Under the pieces are notes generated by a model that saw only the letters and a list, made by a program, of their open reading frames with translations, was not told the DNA's origin and made no database searches. Both the position numbers and the translations under genes were made by a program. Positions 6,324 to 13,933 of a stretch of DNA of 13,933 bases are shown here, in pieces (position 1 is the stretch's first letter; the number at the start of each line of letters is the position of its first letter). The stretch is from a virus. The DNA is taken from the UHGV virus genome UHGV-0092352, one strand, 5' to 3'.

Positions 6324-6881
6324 GTGCTGACAACGCAAAAACGAAAATTTGCGCTGGCGCTCATGTCCGGGAAAAACAAAACAGCGTCAGCCATTGCCGC
6401 CGGTTATTCGGCGAAGACCGCCAGGGTTAAAGGCTCGCAGCTGGCAAAAGATCCGGAGGTGCTCGCGTTTATAGCCCGTAAACAGTGCGAAACGGTGGAG
6501 GTGGATGAGGTTCCTGTTTACCGGCAGAAAAAATCAGAGCAGGAGGATAAACCCCGTCGCCGTGAGGCGGCTGCAATACCACAGCCGGACGAAAACAATC
6601 CGGAGATGCCACCGTCCGCGGTGATGTCTCCTGGTATTGAATATATGGAGGATGGTCTTCCCGATCCGGTGAAAGCCATGGGGCGGATCCTGGTGGAAAA
6701 CCTCTGCATTGATCCGAAACTGGCACTGGATGCGGCCTGGCGTCTGGCGCAGTTCACGCACCATAAAAAAGGGGATACCGGGAAAAAATCGGCAAAAGGT
6801 GATGCCGCGAAAAAAGCGGCTAACCGTTTTGCGGTGCCACCCCGACTGGTGGTGAATAACGATAATGAGGGCAACGGATGA
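6324..6881 (+). CDS. terS: Terminase small subunit (P27-family-like)
   Basis: GTG start at 6324 with GGAGGAG just upstream (in-frame stop at 6258). N-terminal HTH-like region KRKFALALMSGKNKTASAIAAGYSAKTA. Stop overlaps the large-terminase start (ATGA). Confidence 0.75.
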   Translation: MLTTQKRKFALALMSGKNKTASAIAAGYSAKTARVKGSQLAKDPEVLAFIARKQCETVEVDEVPVYRQKKSEQEDKPRRREAAAIPQPDENNPEMPPSAVMSPGIEYMEDGLPDPVKAMGRILVENLCIDPKLALDAAWRLAQFTHHKKGDTGKKSAKGDAAKKAANRFAVPPRLVVNNDNEGNG

Positions 6882-8539
6882 TACCTGTATGGAGCACAGC
6901 CTGCCCGGACTGGGCAGAGCGCCTGAAAAAGGGGCTGTCGATTATTCCGGATCCGATTTATCCGGACGAGGCCGCACATGCCCTGGCGATTTTTAAACAA
7001 CTGCGGATTGTGGATGCACCTGGTAGCCCTACGTTCGGGGAGTCCTGTGCACCGTGGGTGTTTGACCTGGTGGCGGCCCTGTTTGGCTCCTACGATGCGC
7101 AGACCGGTGTACGCCATATCAAGGAAGTTTTTATCCTTATCCCCAAGAAAAACTCGAAGTCCACGCTGGCCGCGGGGATCATGATGACGGCGCTGTTACT
7201 GAACTGGCGGCAGGCGGCGGGTTACACGATTCTGGCCCCGACTGTGGAGGTGGCGGCCAACGCCTTCAACCCTGCCCGGGATATGGTACGACGTGACGAT
7301 GATCTGGATGACCTCTGCCAGGTACAGACCCATATCCGGACCATCACCCACAGGGTGACAGACACCACCCTGAAGGTGGTGGCAGCCGATCCGAATACGG
7401 TGTCCGGTATCAAGTCCGTGGGTACGCTGATTGATGAGTTGTGGCTGTTTGGCAAGCAGTACAAGGCGGAGGACATGTTACGTGAAGCCATCGGCGGGCT
7501 TGCCTCCCGCCCGGAAGGGTTTGTGGTGTATACGACCACCCAGTCGAATGAACCGCCCGCCGGGGTGTTCAGACAGAAACTGCAGTACGCCCGGGATGTG
7601 CGCGACGGCAAAATTCATGATCCGCACTTTCTGCCGGTGATATTTGAACACCCTCCTGAAATGGTGGAAAGCGGGGCTCACCTGCTGATGGAAAACCTCG
7701 CCATGGTCAATCCGAATCTCGGCTATTCAGTGGATGAGGCCTTTCTGTACCGGGAGTACCGTAAAGCCCGGGAAGCCGGTGAAGAGACATTCCGGGGGTT
7801 CATGTCAAAACACGCCAATGTGGAAATTGGTCTTGCCCTGCGCTCTGACCGCTGGGCGGGGGCTGATTTCTGGGAAGAGCAGGGCCGTTGTATCAGCCTG
7901 GACGATATCCTGCGTCGTGCTGATGTGGTGACGGTGGGGATTGACGGCGGAGGGCTGGATGATCTGCTGGGGATGTATGTGATTGGGCGTGACCGGGAGA
8001 CCCGCGAATGGCTGGGCTGGGGCCATGCCTGGGCGCATGAAACCGCGGTGGTCCGACGGAAGAGCGAGGCGTCCCGGTTTCAGGATCTTGTTGCCTGTGG
8101 AGATATGACCATTGTCCGGCGTATCGGGGATGACACGGCGGAAGTGGCGGAATATGTGCGTCGCATTCATGAGGCTGAGTTACTGGACCATATCGGTATT
8201 GACCCGTCAGGGGTGGGGCAGATTCTGGATTCACTGGCGGAAGCCGGGATCCCCGACGGAATTGTGGTGGGGATAAGCCAGGGCTGGAAACTGGGCGGGG
8301 CCATTAAAACCACCGAGCGCAAACTGGCTGAAGGGGTGCTGGTGCATGGTGACCAGCCCCTGATGGCCTGGTGTGTCGGCAATGCCCGGGTGGAGCCTAA
8401 AGGTAACGCCATTCTTATCACCAAACAGGCCAGTGGACGGGGAAAAATTGACCCGCTGATGGCGCTGTTCAATGCGGTCTCCCTGATGTCCCTTAACCCG
8501 GAACCGAAAAAGAAAGAATATGCGGTTTTTTTCATATAA
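6878..8539 (+). CDS. terL: Terminase large subunit
   Basis: 553 aa. Start ATG 6878 overlaps the TerS stop. Large multi-domain protein in the canonical position downstream of the small subunit; resembles HK97/P27-type TerL from memory. Confidence 0.9.
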   Translation: MIPVWSTACPDWAERLKKGLSIIPDPIYPDEAAHALAIFKQLRIVDAPGSPTFGESCAPWVFDLVAALFGSYDAQTGVRHIKEVFILIPKKNSKSTLAAGIMMTALLLNWRQAAGYTILAPTVEVAANAFNPARDMVRRDDDLDDLCQVQTHIRTITHRVTDTTLKVVAADPNTVSGIKSVGTLIDELWLFGKQYKAEDMLREAIGGLASRPEGFVVYTTTQSNEPPAGVFRQKLQYARDVRDGKIHDPHFLPVIFEHPPEMVESGAHLLMENLAMVNPNLGYSVDEAFLYREYRKAREAGEETFRGFMSKHANVEIGLALRSDRWAGADFWEEQGRCISLDDILRRADVVTVGIDGGGLDDLLGMYVIGRDRETREWLGWGHAWAHETAVVRRKSEASRFQDLVACGDMTIVRRIGDDTAEVAEYVRRIHEAELLDHIGIDPSGVGQILDSLAEAGIPDGIVVGISQGWKLGGAIKTTERKLAEGVLVHGDQPLMAWCVGNARVEPKGNAILITKQASGRGKIDPLMALFNAVSLMSLNPEPKKKEYAVFFI

Positions 8540-8564
8540 CCCTGTTCACACTGTAACCATCACG

Positions 8565-8590
8565 AACCGCTCCGGCGGTTTTTTTATTTT
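8565..8590 (+). terminator. Terminator-like hairpin between terminase and capsid genes
   Basis: Stem AACCGC / GCGGTT with tetraloop TCCG, followed by TTTTTATTTT. Lies between the TerL stop (8539) and the SD of the capsid gene (8592-8597). Confidence 0.35.
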
Positions 8591-8602
8591 CAGGAGGCTG
8601 AT

Positions 8603-10540
8603 GTGACTCTTAAACGGGCCTGTTCCCTGCTGACGGTGAAATCCTTCAGTGAGGATGAACGGGTGATCACCGGGATTGCGTCAACGCCTTCTCCGGATCG
8701 GGATGGTGACATCCTGGAGCCGGAGGGCGCGGAGTTTGGCAGTGCGATCCCGTTTCTCTGGCAGCATGACCATTCCCGCCCGGTGGGGCAGTGTACGGTG
8801 CGCCGGGTCAGCGAAGGGCTGGAAATCACGGCAACACTGGTGAAGCCCGTACCGGATATGCCGTCGCAACTGGCTGCCCGGCTGGATGAGGTCTGGGCGG
8901 CCATTAAGACCGGGCTGGTCAGGGGGCTGTCCGTGGGCTTCCGTCCCCATGAATACACCTTTCTGGACGGAGGCGGACTGCATTTTATGCGCTGGGAACT
9001 GATGGAGGTGTCTGCCGTCACCGTGCCCGCGAATGCGGAATGCACCATCCGGACCATTAAATCTTACGACCGCCCGTTTTCTGCCGCGTCCGGCAACCGG
9101 AAACCGGTGGTGAAAATCGCATCTTCTGCCGGCGCTGCGGCACAGTCAACAACCGTTTTTCATAAGGAAAAGACCATAATGAATATTGGCGAACAGATTA
9201 AAAGTTTTGAAAACAAGCGTGCAGCGCTGGCAGCCTCCCTTGAGGAGGTCATGACCAAAGCCGCAGAGGAAGGGCGCACGCTGGATGTGGAGGAGGAAGA
9301 GCATTACGACAACACCGCAGCGGAAATCCGTCAGGTGGATGCGCACCTGAAGCGCCTGCGTGAACTGGAAGCCGGTAAGGCCGCCACGGCGCAGCCGGTG
9401 AAACAGGCCGGTAACGGGAATGTGGCCGCGGTGGCTTCTGCGCCGGTGATCCGTGTGGAGCAGAAACTGGATAAGGGGATTGGCTTCGCCCGCTTTGCCA
9501 AATCGCTGGCTGCGGCTAAAGGCGTCCGATCTGAAGCCCTGGAAGTGGCCCGTCGTCAGTATCCGGATGACAGTCGTCTGCATCATGTCCTGAAATCGGC
9601 AGTGGGCGCGGGGACCACCACGGATCCGCAGTGGGCAGGCAGCCTGTCTGAATATCAGGAATACGCACAGGACTTTATTGATTACCTGCGTCCGCAGACC
9701 ATTATCGGGCGATTTGGTCAGGGCGGGATCCCTGCACTTCGTCAGGTGCCGTTCAATATCCGTGTGCACGCCCAGGTGTCCGGCGGTGCTGCCGGCTGGG
9801 TGGGTGAGGGTAAGGCAAAACCCCTGACGAAGTTTGATTTTGAATCCATCACCTTCAGTCATGCGAAAGTGTCGGCCATTGCGGTACTGACGGAAGAATT
9901 GATCCGTTTTTCCAGTCCGGCTGCTGATGCACTGGTCCGTAATGCGCTGGCGGAAGCGGTGGTGGCGCGTCTGGATACAGACTTTGTGGACCCGAAAAAA
10001 GCCGCAGTGGCAGATGTCTCCCCGGCGTCCATCACCCATGATGTGAAGGGCACGGCATCAACCGGTAACCCGGATGCGGATGCAGAGGCTGCGTTTGGAC
10101 AGTTTGTGGCAGCAAACCTGCAGCCCACCGGTGCGGTCTGGCTGATGTCCAGCACCAATGCCCTGGCACTGTCCATGCGTAAAAATGCGCTGGGTCAGAA
10201 GGAATACCCGGACATGACCCTGCTGGGTGGCTCCTTCCAGGGGCTGCCGGTGATTGTCTCCCAGTACGTGGGTGACCAACTGGTGCTGGTGAATGCCCCG
10301 GATATTTATCTGGCGGATGACGGCGGCGTGGCAGTGGATATGTCCCGCGAGGCATCACTGGAAATGCAGTCTGAGCCGACCGGCGACAGTACCACGCCGT
10401 CCCCGGTGGAGCTGGTTTCCATGTTCCAGACAGGCAGCGTGGCCATCCGTGCGGAGCGCTGGATCAACTGGCGTCGTCGCCGTACCGCGGCAGTGGCGGT
10501 GATCACCGGTGTGAACTACGGAACTGCGTCCGGCGGCTGA
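8603..10540 (+). CDS. Fused HK97-family prohead protease - scaffold-like domain - major capsid protein
   Basis: GTG start 8603 with AGGAGG 5 nt upstream. N-terminal ~180 aa carry prohead-protease hallmarks (FLWQHDHSRPVG; GLSVGF; LMEVSAVTVPANAE). A coiled-coil delta-like segment is followed by an HK97-fold capsid domain. One uninterrupted 645-codon frame. Confidence 0.85.
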   Translation: MTLKRACSLLTVKSFSEDERVITGIASTPSPDRDGDILEPEGAEFGSAIPFLWQHDHSRPVGQCTVRRVSEGLEITATLVKPVPDMPSQLAARLDEVWAAIKTGLVRGLSVGFRPHEYTFLDGGGLHFMRWELMEVSAVTVPANAECTIRTIKSYDRPFSAASGNRKPVVKIASSAGAAAQSTTVFHKEKTIMNIGEQIKSFENKRAALAASLEEVMTKAAEEGRTLDVEEEEHYDNTAAEIRQVDAHLKRLRELEAGKAATAQPVKQAGNGNVAAVASAPVIRVEQKLDKGIGFARFAKSLAAAKGVRSEALEVARRQYPDDSRLHHVLKSAVGAGTTTDPQWAGSLSEYQEYAQDFIDYLRPQTIIGRFGQGGIPALRQVPFNIRVHAQVSGGAAGWVGEGKAKPLTKFDFESITFSHAKVSAIAVLTEELIRFSSPAADALVRNALAEAVVARLDTDFVDPKKAAVADVSPASITHDVKGTASTGNPDADAEAAFGQFVAANLQPTGAVWLMSSTNALALSMRKNALGQKEYPDMTLLGGSFQGLPVIVSQYVGDQLVLVNAPDIYLADDGGVAVDMSREASLEMQSEPTGDSTTPSPVELVSMFQTGSVAIRAERWINWRRRRTAAVAVITGVNYGTASGG

Positions 10541-10584
10541 GTCTGATGAGGAGGGCGGGAGGCGCGAGCTTCCCGCAGTAACTG

Positions 10585-10806
10585 ATGGCAAAAATCCAGT
10601 ATCTGCAGGGCACGCATGATGCCCGGGCCGGGGATATCCGTGATGTGGCACAGCCGTGTGCGGAGGTGCTGGTTCGCCTGGGGAAGGCGGAGTACATCAC
10701 AGTGCGACGTCCGGCAGGTCAGAAAAAGAAACGTGATGCGGAGCATGGCGAATGTGGAACCTTTTGCGGCGAACCCGAAAAAACCAGAAATCAGGACGTG
10801 ATGTAA
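10585..10806 (+). CDS. Hypothetical small ORF between capsid and portal genes
   Basis: 73-codon ORF filling the 211-bp gap. Weak SD; the C-terminal third is low-complexity and overlaps the portal start by 55 nt. May not be a real gene. Confidence 0.25.
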   Translation: MAKIQYLQGTHDARAGDIRDVAQPCAEVLVRLGKAEYITVRRPAGQKKKRDAEHGECGTFCGEPEKTRNQDVM

Positions 10807-12116
10807 AAGAGGTGGGCTGGACCAGCCTGTTTCAGGCGGTGGCTGAGCCCTTTTCCGGCGCCTGGCAGCAGGGCGTGAAAGCCGATCCTGAAGCCGTCCT
10901 CTCCTTTCATGCGGTGTTTGCATGTATTTCGCTGATATCCCAGGATATCGCCAAAATGCGGCTGCGTCTTATGCAGACGGATGCGCATGGGATACGCAGG
11001 GAAACGCGCCGGGGGGATATTGCCCGTCTCTGTCGTCGTCCCAATGCACAGCAGAATCGTATCCAGTTTTTTGAACTGTGGCTGAACGCCAAACTGCGTC
11101 ACGGCAATACGGTGGTGCTGAAAATCCGTAACTCCCGGGGGCAGATCAAAGAACTGCGTATTCTGGACTGGAGCCGGGTTGAACCTCTGGTGGCGGATGA
11201 CGGCGAGGTGTTCTATCGCATTACACCGGACCGGAACTGCGGGATCACGGAGGCGGTGATGGTGCCTGCCAGGGAAGTGATCCACGACCGGTTTAACTGT
11301 TTTTTTCATCCGCTTGTGGGGCTGCCGCCGGTGTATGCTGCCGGGCTGGCTGCCACGCAGGGGCATCATATTCAGGCAAATTCAACGTCTTTTTTCAGAA
11401 ATGGCGGCAGGCCGTCCGGGGTGATTGAGATCCCCGGCAGTATAACGGAAGAAAATGCGAAAAAACTGAAGAGCAACTGGGACAGCGGGTATACCGGCGA
11501 AAATGCGGGGAAAACGGCGATCCTGAGCAACGGGGCGAAATATAACCCCACGACGTTTTCACCGGTGGATGCGCAGACGGTGGAACAGCTGAAAATGACG
11601 GCTGAAATTGTCTGTTCGGTGTTCCGTGTCCCGGCCTACAAGATTGGTGTGGGACAACCGCCTTCCAGTGACAACGTGGAGGCGCTGGAGCAGCAGTATT
11701 ATTCCCAGTGTCTGCAGACGCTGATTGAGTCCATTGAGCTGTTACTGGATGAGGCGCTGGAAACAGGGGAAAACGAGAGCACGGAGTTTGACGTCACCAC
11801 GCTGCTGAGAATGGACAGCGAACGTCGCATGAAAACGCTGGGGGATGCGGTGAAAAATACGCTTCTCACGCCCAATGAGGCCCGTAAACGTGAGAATCTG
11901 CCGCCCCTGGCAGGAGGCGATGCACTGTATCTTCAGCAGCAGAACTACAGTCTGGAGGCGCTGTCCCGTCGTGATGCCCGTGAGGATCCGTTCGCGTCTT
12001 CCGGGAAAACGTCGTCAGGCACACGCCAGGAGGGCGCGTCTGACGGTAATAAGGCCATAAGCGAAACAGAGCGTGATGCGGTGAAGGCGATGTTCAGGGG
12101 GATACTGCGAAAATGA
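10752..12116 (+). CDS. Portal protein (HK97-family-like)
   Basis: 454 aa. N-terminus MWNLLRRTRKNQ...WTSLFQ is typical of HK97-type portals. In-frame stop at 10734-10736 makes ATG 10752 the first start (GGAG 9 nt upstream); GTG 10812 is an alternative start. Confidence 0.85.
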   Translation: MWNLLRRTRKNQKSGRDVKEVGWTSLFQAVAEPFSGAWQQGVKADPEAVLSFHAVFACISLISQDIAKMRLRLMQTDAHGIRRETRRGDIARLCRRPNAQQNRIQFFELWLNAKLRHGNTVVLKIRNSRGQIKELRILDWSRVEPLVADDGEVFYRITPDRNCGITEAVMVPAREVIHDRFNCFFHPLVGLPPVYAAGLAATQGHHIQANSTSFFRNGGRPSGVIEIPGSITEENAKKLKSNWDSGYTGENAGKTAILSNGAKYNPTTFSPVDAQTVEQLKMTAEIVCSVFRVPAYKIGVGQPPSSDNVEALEQQYYSQCLQTLIESIELLLDEALETGENESTEFDVTTLLRMDSERRMKTLGDAVKNTLLTPNEARKRENLPPLAGGDALYLQQQNYSLEALSRRDAREDPFASSGKTSSGTRQEGASDGNKAISETERDAVKAMFRGILRK

Positions 12117-13174
12117 CTGAGCGTGAACTGTCCATTATCCGTGCGCTGGGTGAAGAATTCTCCACAGTGCTGGCGGATTTACAGCGCACATTTGAGGGGA
12201 AGATGGCCTCGCAGGCACAAGCGTTTGAAGAGAAACTGACTTCCCTGTCGGCGGTATTACAGAAGCATGTGACGGTGGATGAGGTGCGTCCGGTTCTGCA
12301 GGCGATGGTGGATGAGGCTGTGGGGGCCATTCCGGTACCGCGTGATGGTCGTGATTATGATCCGGATGTACTGCAGCAGGCGGTGAATGATGCGGTCGCA
12401 AATATTCCGCAGCCGGCGGACGGTAAAAGTCTCACCCCGGATGATGTGCGTCCGATGCTTGAACAGATGGTGAAGGAGGCGGTAAGCCATATTCCTGTTC
12501 CGCGTGATGGTCGTGACTACGATCCGGAAGTATTGCAGAAGGCGGTGAATGATGCGGTCGCAAATATTCCTGTACCGGCGGACGGCAAAAGTATTACCCC
12601 CGATGATGTGCGTCCGATGCTTGAGCAGATGGTGAAAGAGGCCGTAAGTCATATCCCTGCTCCGCGTGACGGTTGTGACTATGATCCGGATGTTCTGCGG
12701 AAGGCGGTTCTGGAGGCGGTGAATGCCCTGCCGGCTCCGCAGGACGGGCGTGATGCCACGGCACTGGAAATACTCCCTGCCATTGACGATCAAAAATCCT
12801 TTCCCCGGGGCACGTATGCCACACACCAGGGCGGACTCTGGCGGGCGTATGAAAAAACGCACGGGATGCGGGGATGGGAATGCCTGGTTGACGGGGTGGC
12901 GGATATTGACGTCAGCATGACGGGTGAACGGTTGTTCTCTGTGGTGGTCCGGCAGAGCAGTGGCCAGCGTACGGAAAAAACATTTTCCCTGCCGGTGATG
13001 CTCTACCGCGGTGTGTTCAGAGCCGGTGAAACCTACCACCCCGGCGATACGGTGACGTGGGGGGGCTCGCTGTGGCACTGCAACAGTATGACCGAAGATA
13101 AACCCGGAGAAGCTCATTCATCAGCCTGGACCCTGGCTGCAAAACGTGGGCGGGATGCAGGAGGTGGAAAGTGA
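12113..13174 (+). CDS. Repeat-containing head-module protein with a C-terminal carbohydrate-binding-like motif (candidate decoration or fibre-like protein)
   Basis: Start ATG 12113 overlaps the portal stop (ATGA). Contains three in-frame 54-aa tandem repeats (IPVPRDGRDYDP.. / IPxPADGKSxTPDD..). C-terminus has a Y..GD.V.W.G.LW.C...PG....W pattern resembling CBM5/12 (ChtBD3) modules, from memory. Confidence 0.75.
   Translation: MTERELSIIRALGEEFSTVLADLQRTFEGKMASQAQAFEEKLTSLSAVLQKHVTVDEVRPVLQAMVDEAVGAIPVPRDGRDYDPDVLQQAVNDAVANIPQPADGKSLTPDDVRPMLEQMVKEAVSHIPVPRDGRDYDPEVLQKAVNDAVANIPVPADGKSITPDDVRPMLEQMVKEAVSHIPAPRDGCDYDPDVLRKAVLEAVNALPAPQDGRDATALEILPAIDDQKSFPRGTYATHQGGLWRAYEKTHGMRGWECLVDGVADIDVSMTGERLFSVVVRQSSGQRTEKTFSLPVMLYRGVFRAGETYHPGDTVTWGGSLWHCNSMTEDKPGEAHSSAWTLAAKRGRDAGGGK
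12284..12769 (+). repeat. Tandem direct repeat, 3 x 162 bp, in-frame within a coding sequence
   Basis: GTGCGTCCG... units begin at 12284, 12446 and 12608 (period exactly 162 bp). Copies 2 and 3 are near-identical and copy 1 is more diverged. Each unit holds two ~27-aa sub-repeats. Confidence 0.85.
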
Positions 13175-13377
13175 CAGCATTACTGACACTGGAAGAAATC
13201 AAGGCTCATCTGCGTGTTGACCATGACGCGGATGATGAGATGCTGATGGACAAGGTTCGTCAGGCTACAGCTGTGCTGCTGGCCTACATTCAGGGCAGCC
13301 GGGATAAGGTAATCCGTGAGGACGGTGAACTGATCCCGGGCGAGGCATTAACCCGGATGAAGGGGGCATGCGCCTGA
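13171..13377 (+). CDS. Head-tail connector protein (gp6-like), apparently frameshifted: N-terminal part
   Basis: GTG start 13171 with AGGAGG 6 nt upstream, overlapping the previous stop. N-terminus MTALLTLEEIKAHLRVDHDADDEML is typical of gp6-like connectors. The frame stops after 68 aa, while a different frame (13329-13493) continues with an LYRN motif like the usual C-terminus and ends 10 nt before the next gene's ATG. Confidence 0.6.
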   Translation: MTALLTLEEIKAHLRVDHDADDEMLMDKVRQATAVLLAYIQGSRDKVIREDGELIPGEALTRMKGACA

Positions 13378-13502
13378 CCGGGATGTTGTACCGGAATCCG
13401 GATCTTGCTGAGCGGGAAGACCTCGTGCAGGGGGAACTGCCGTTTTCTGTGTCCGTGCTGATTTACGATTTGCGTTGTCCGACGGTGTTATGAGGAGGGG
13501 GA

Positions 13503-13853
13503 ATGGCAATATCTGCAGGTCGTCTGACACAGATGATAAGTGTTCTGAACCCGGTGTTAACCCGTAATGCTGCCGGAGAAATGACGGAAGAATGGGTGTC
13601 ATGCGGGAAAATTCATGCGGATATCCGGGGCAGGAGCAGCCGGGAGCGGATGCAGTCCGGTGCGGAAATGGCGCAGGCGGAAATCCGCATTTGGGTGCGC
13701 GGTCAGTCCGGTCGGGAAATCACGGCGGCGTCACGACTTCATGTGCTGAGTGGTCCCTGGCGTGACTGTATCCTGAATGTTGTCGGGGTGCCCGTGCCGG
13801 ATGCGACCGGCGGGCGCCTGGAAATTCTCTGTCGGCTGGGAGGGGAAAAATGA
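13503..13853 (+). CDS. Head-tail adaptor / head closure protein (Phage_H_T_join-like)
   Basis: Strong SD GAGGAGGGGG before ATG 13503. MAISAGRLTQMISVLNPV...GEMTEEW...AEIRIWVRG...LEILCRLG matches the conserved pattern of head-tail joining proteins (AGRLRHRI...EW...AEV.H.I.IRYR...LEL.C), from memory. Confidence 0.8.
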   Translation: MAISAGRLTQMISVLNPVLTRNAAGEMTEEWVSCGKIHADIRGRSSRERMQSGAEMAQAEIRIWVRGQSGREITAASRLHVLSGPWRDCILNVVGVPVPDATGGRLEILCRLGGEK

Positions 13854-13933
13854 TCGAAACCCTGCTGGATTTTTCGGGACTTGAAGAAATAAGCCGTGAT
13901 TTGCAGCTTCTGAGTGGTGCAGAAAACAACCGG
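13850..13933 (+). CDS. 3'-truncated next head/tail assembly gene (hypothetical)
   Basis: ATG 13850 overlaps the preceding stop (ATGA) with SD GGGAGGGG upstream. Open to the window end (MIETLLDFSGLEEISRDLQLLSGAENNR...). Confidence 0.5.
   Translation, partial: MIETLLDFSGLEEISRDLQLLSGAENNR

Noticed and set aside
6518-7117. 199-aa minus-strand ORF across the TerS/TerL junction
   Set aside because: Antisense to two strongly supported terminase genes.
9146-10039. 297-aa minus-strand ORF inside the capsid gene
   Set aside because: Antisense to the capsid domain. Arg/Cys/His-rich composition typical of a spurious reverse frame in high-GC coding DNA.
10791-11369. 192-aa minus-strand ORF inside the portal gene
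   Set aside because: Antisense to the portal gene; same composition argument.
12284-12769. Tandem repeats considered as a possible CRISPR array or VNTR outside genes
   Set aside because: The repeats are 162 bp, directly abutting with no spacers, and in-frame within a long ORF. They are protein-domain repeats, not CRISPR.
12257-13117. 286-aa minus-strand ORF inside the repeat-protein gene
   Set aside because: Antisense to the repeat protein. Its own internal repetition just mirrors the + strand tandem repeats.
1-13933. Search for tRNA genes, integrase/att sites, IS elements or a recognisable defence-system gene (restriction, Abi, CBASS, retron, TA)
   Set aside because: None found by eye. 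All large ORFs are accounted for by lysis, packaging and head functions, so any novel function must lie in the small unassigned ORFs listed in the findings.

Overview
This window reads as the late region of a lambdoid, Stx-phage-like prophage from an enterobacterial host, all on the + strand except one small gene. It runs from the 3' part of a NanS-p-like SGNH/SASA esterase gene (5'-truncated), through a lysis cassette (dual-start pinholin S, SAR endolysin R, nested spanins Rz/Rz1), into a packaging and head module (HNH endonuclease, P27-type small terminase, large terminase, a fused HK97-type prohead protease-major capsid gene, HK97-type portal, a tandem-repeat protein, head-tail connector and adaptor). 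No tRNA, CRISPR, integrase or transposase is visible. The most likely place for an undescribed function is the lysis cassette, which carries three extra genes: a lower-GC 176-aa ORF wedged between S and R, and two small single-pass membrane proteins between R and Rz. Other points worth a second look are a possible antisense sRNA / type-I-toxin-like arrangement downstream of the esterase gene, a GTTAAC-palindrome cluster that probably marks the cos/terminase-binding region, an internal restart site in the protease-capsid fusion, a 3 x 162-bp in-frame tandem repeat, and an apparent homopolymer frameshift in the head-tail connector gene. All family assignments are from reading the translations and from memory of these families; no database search was run.
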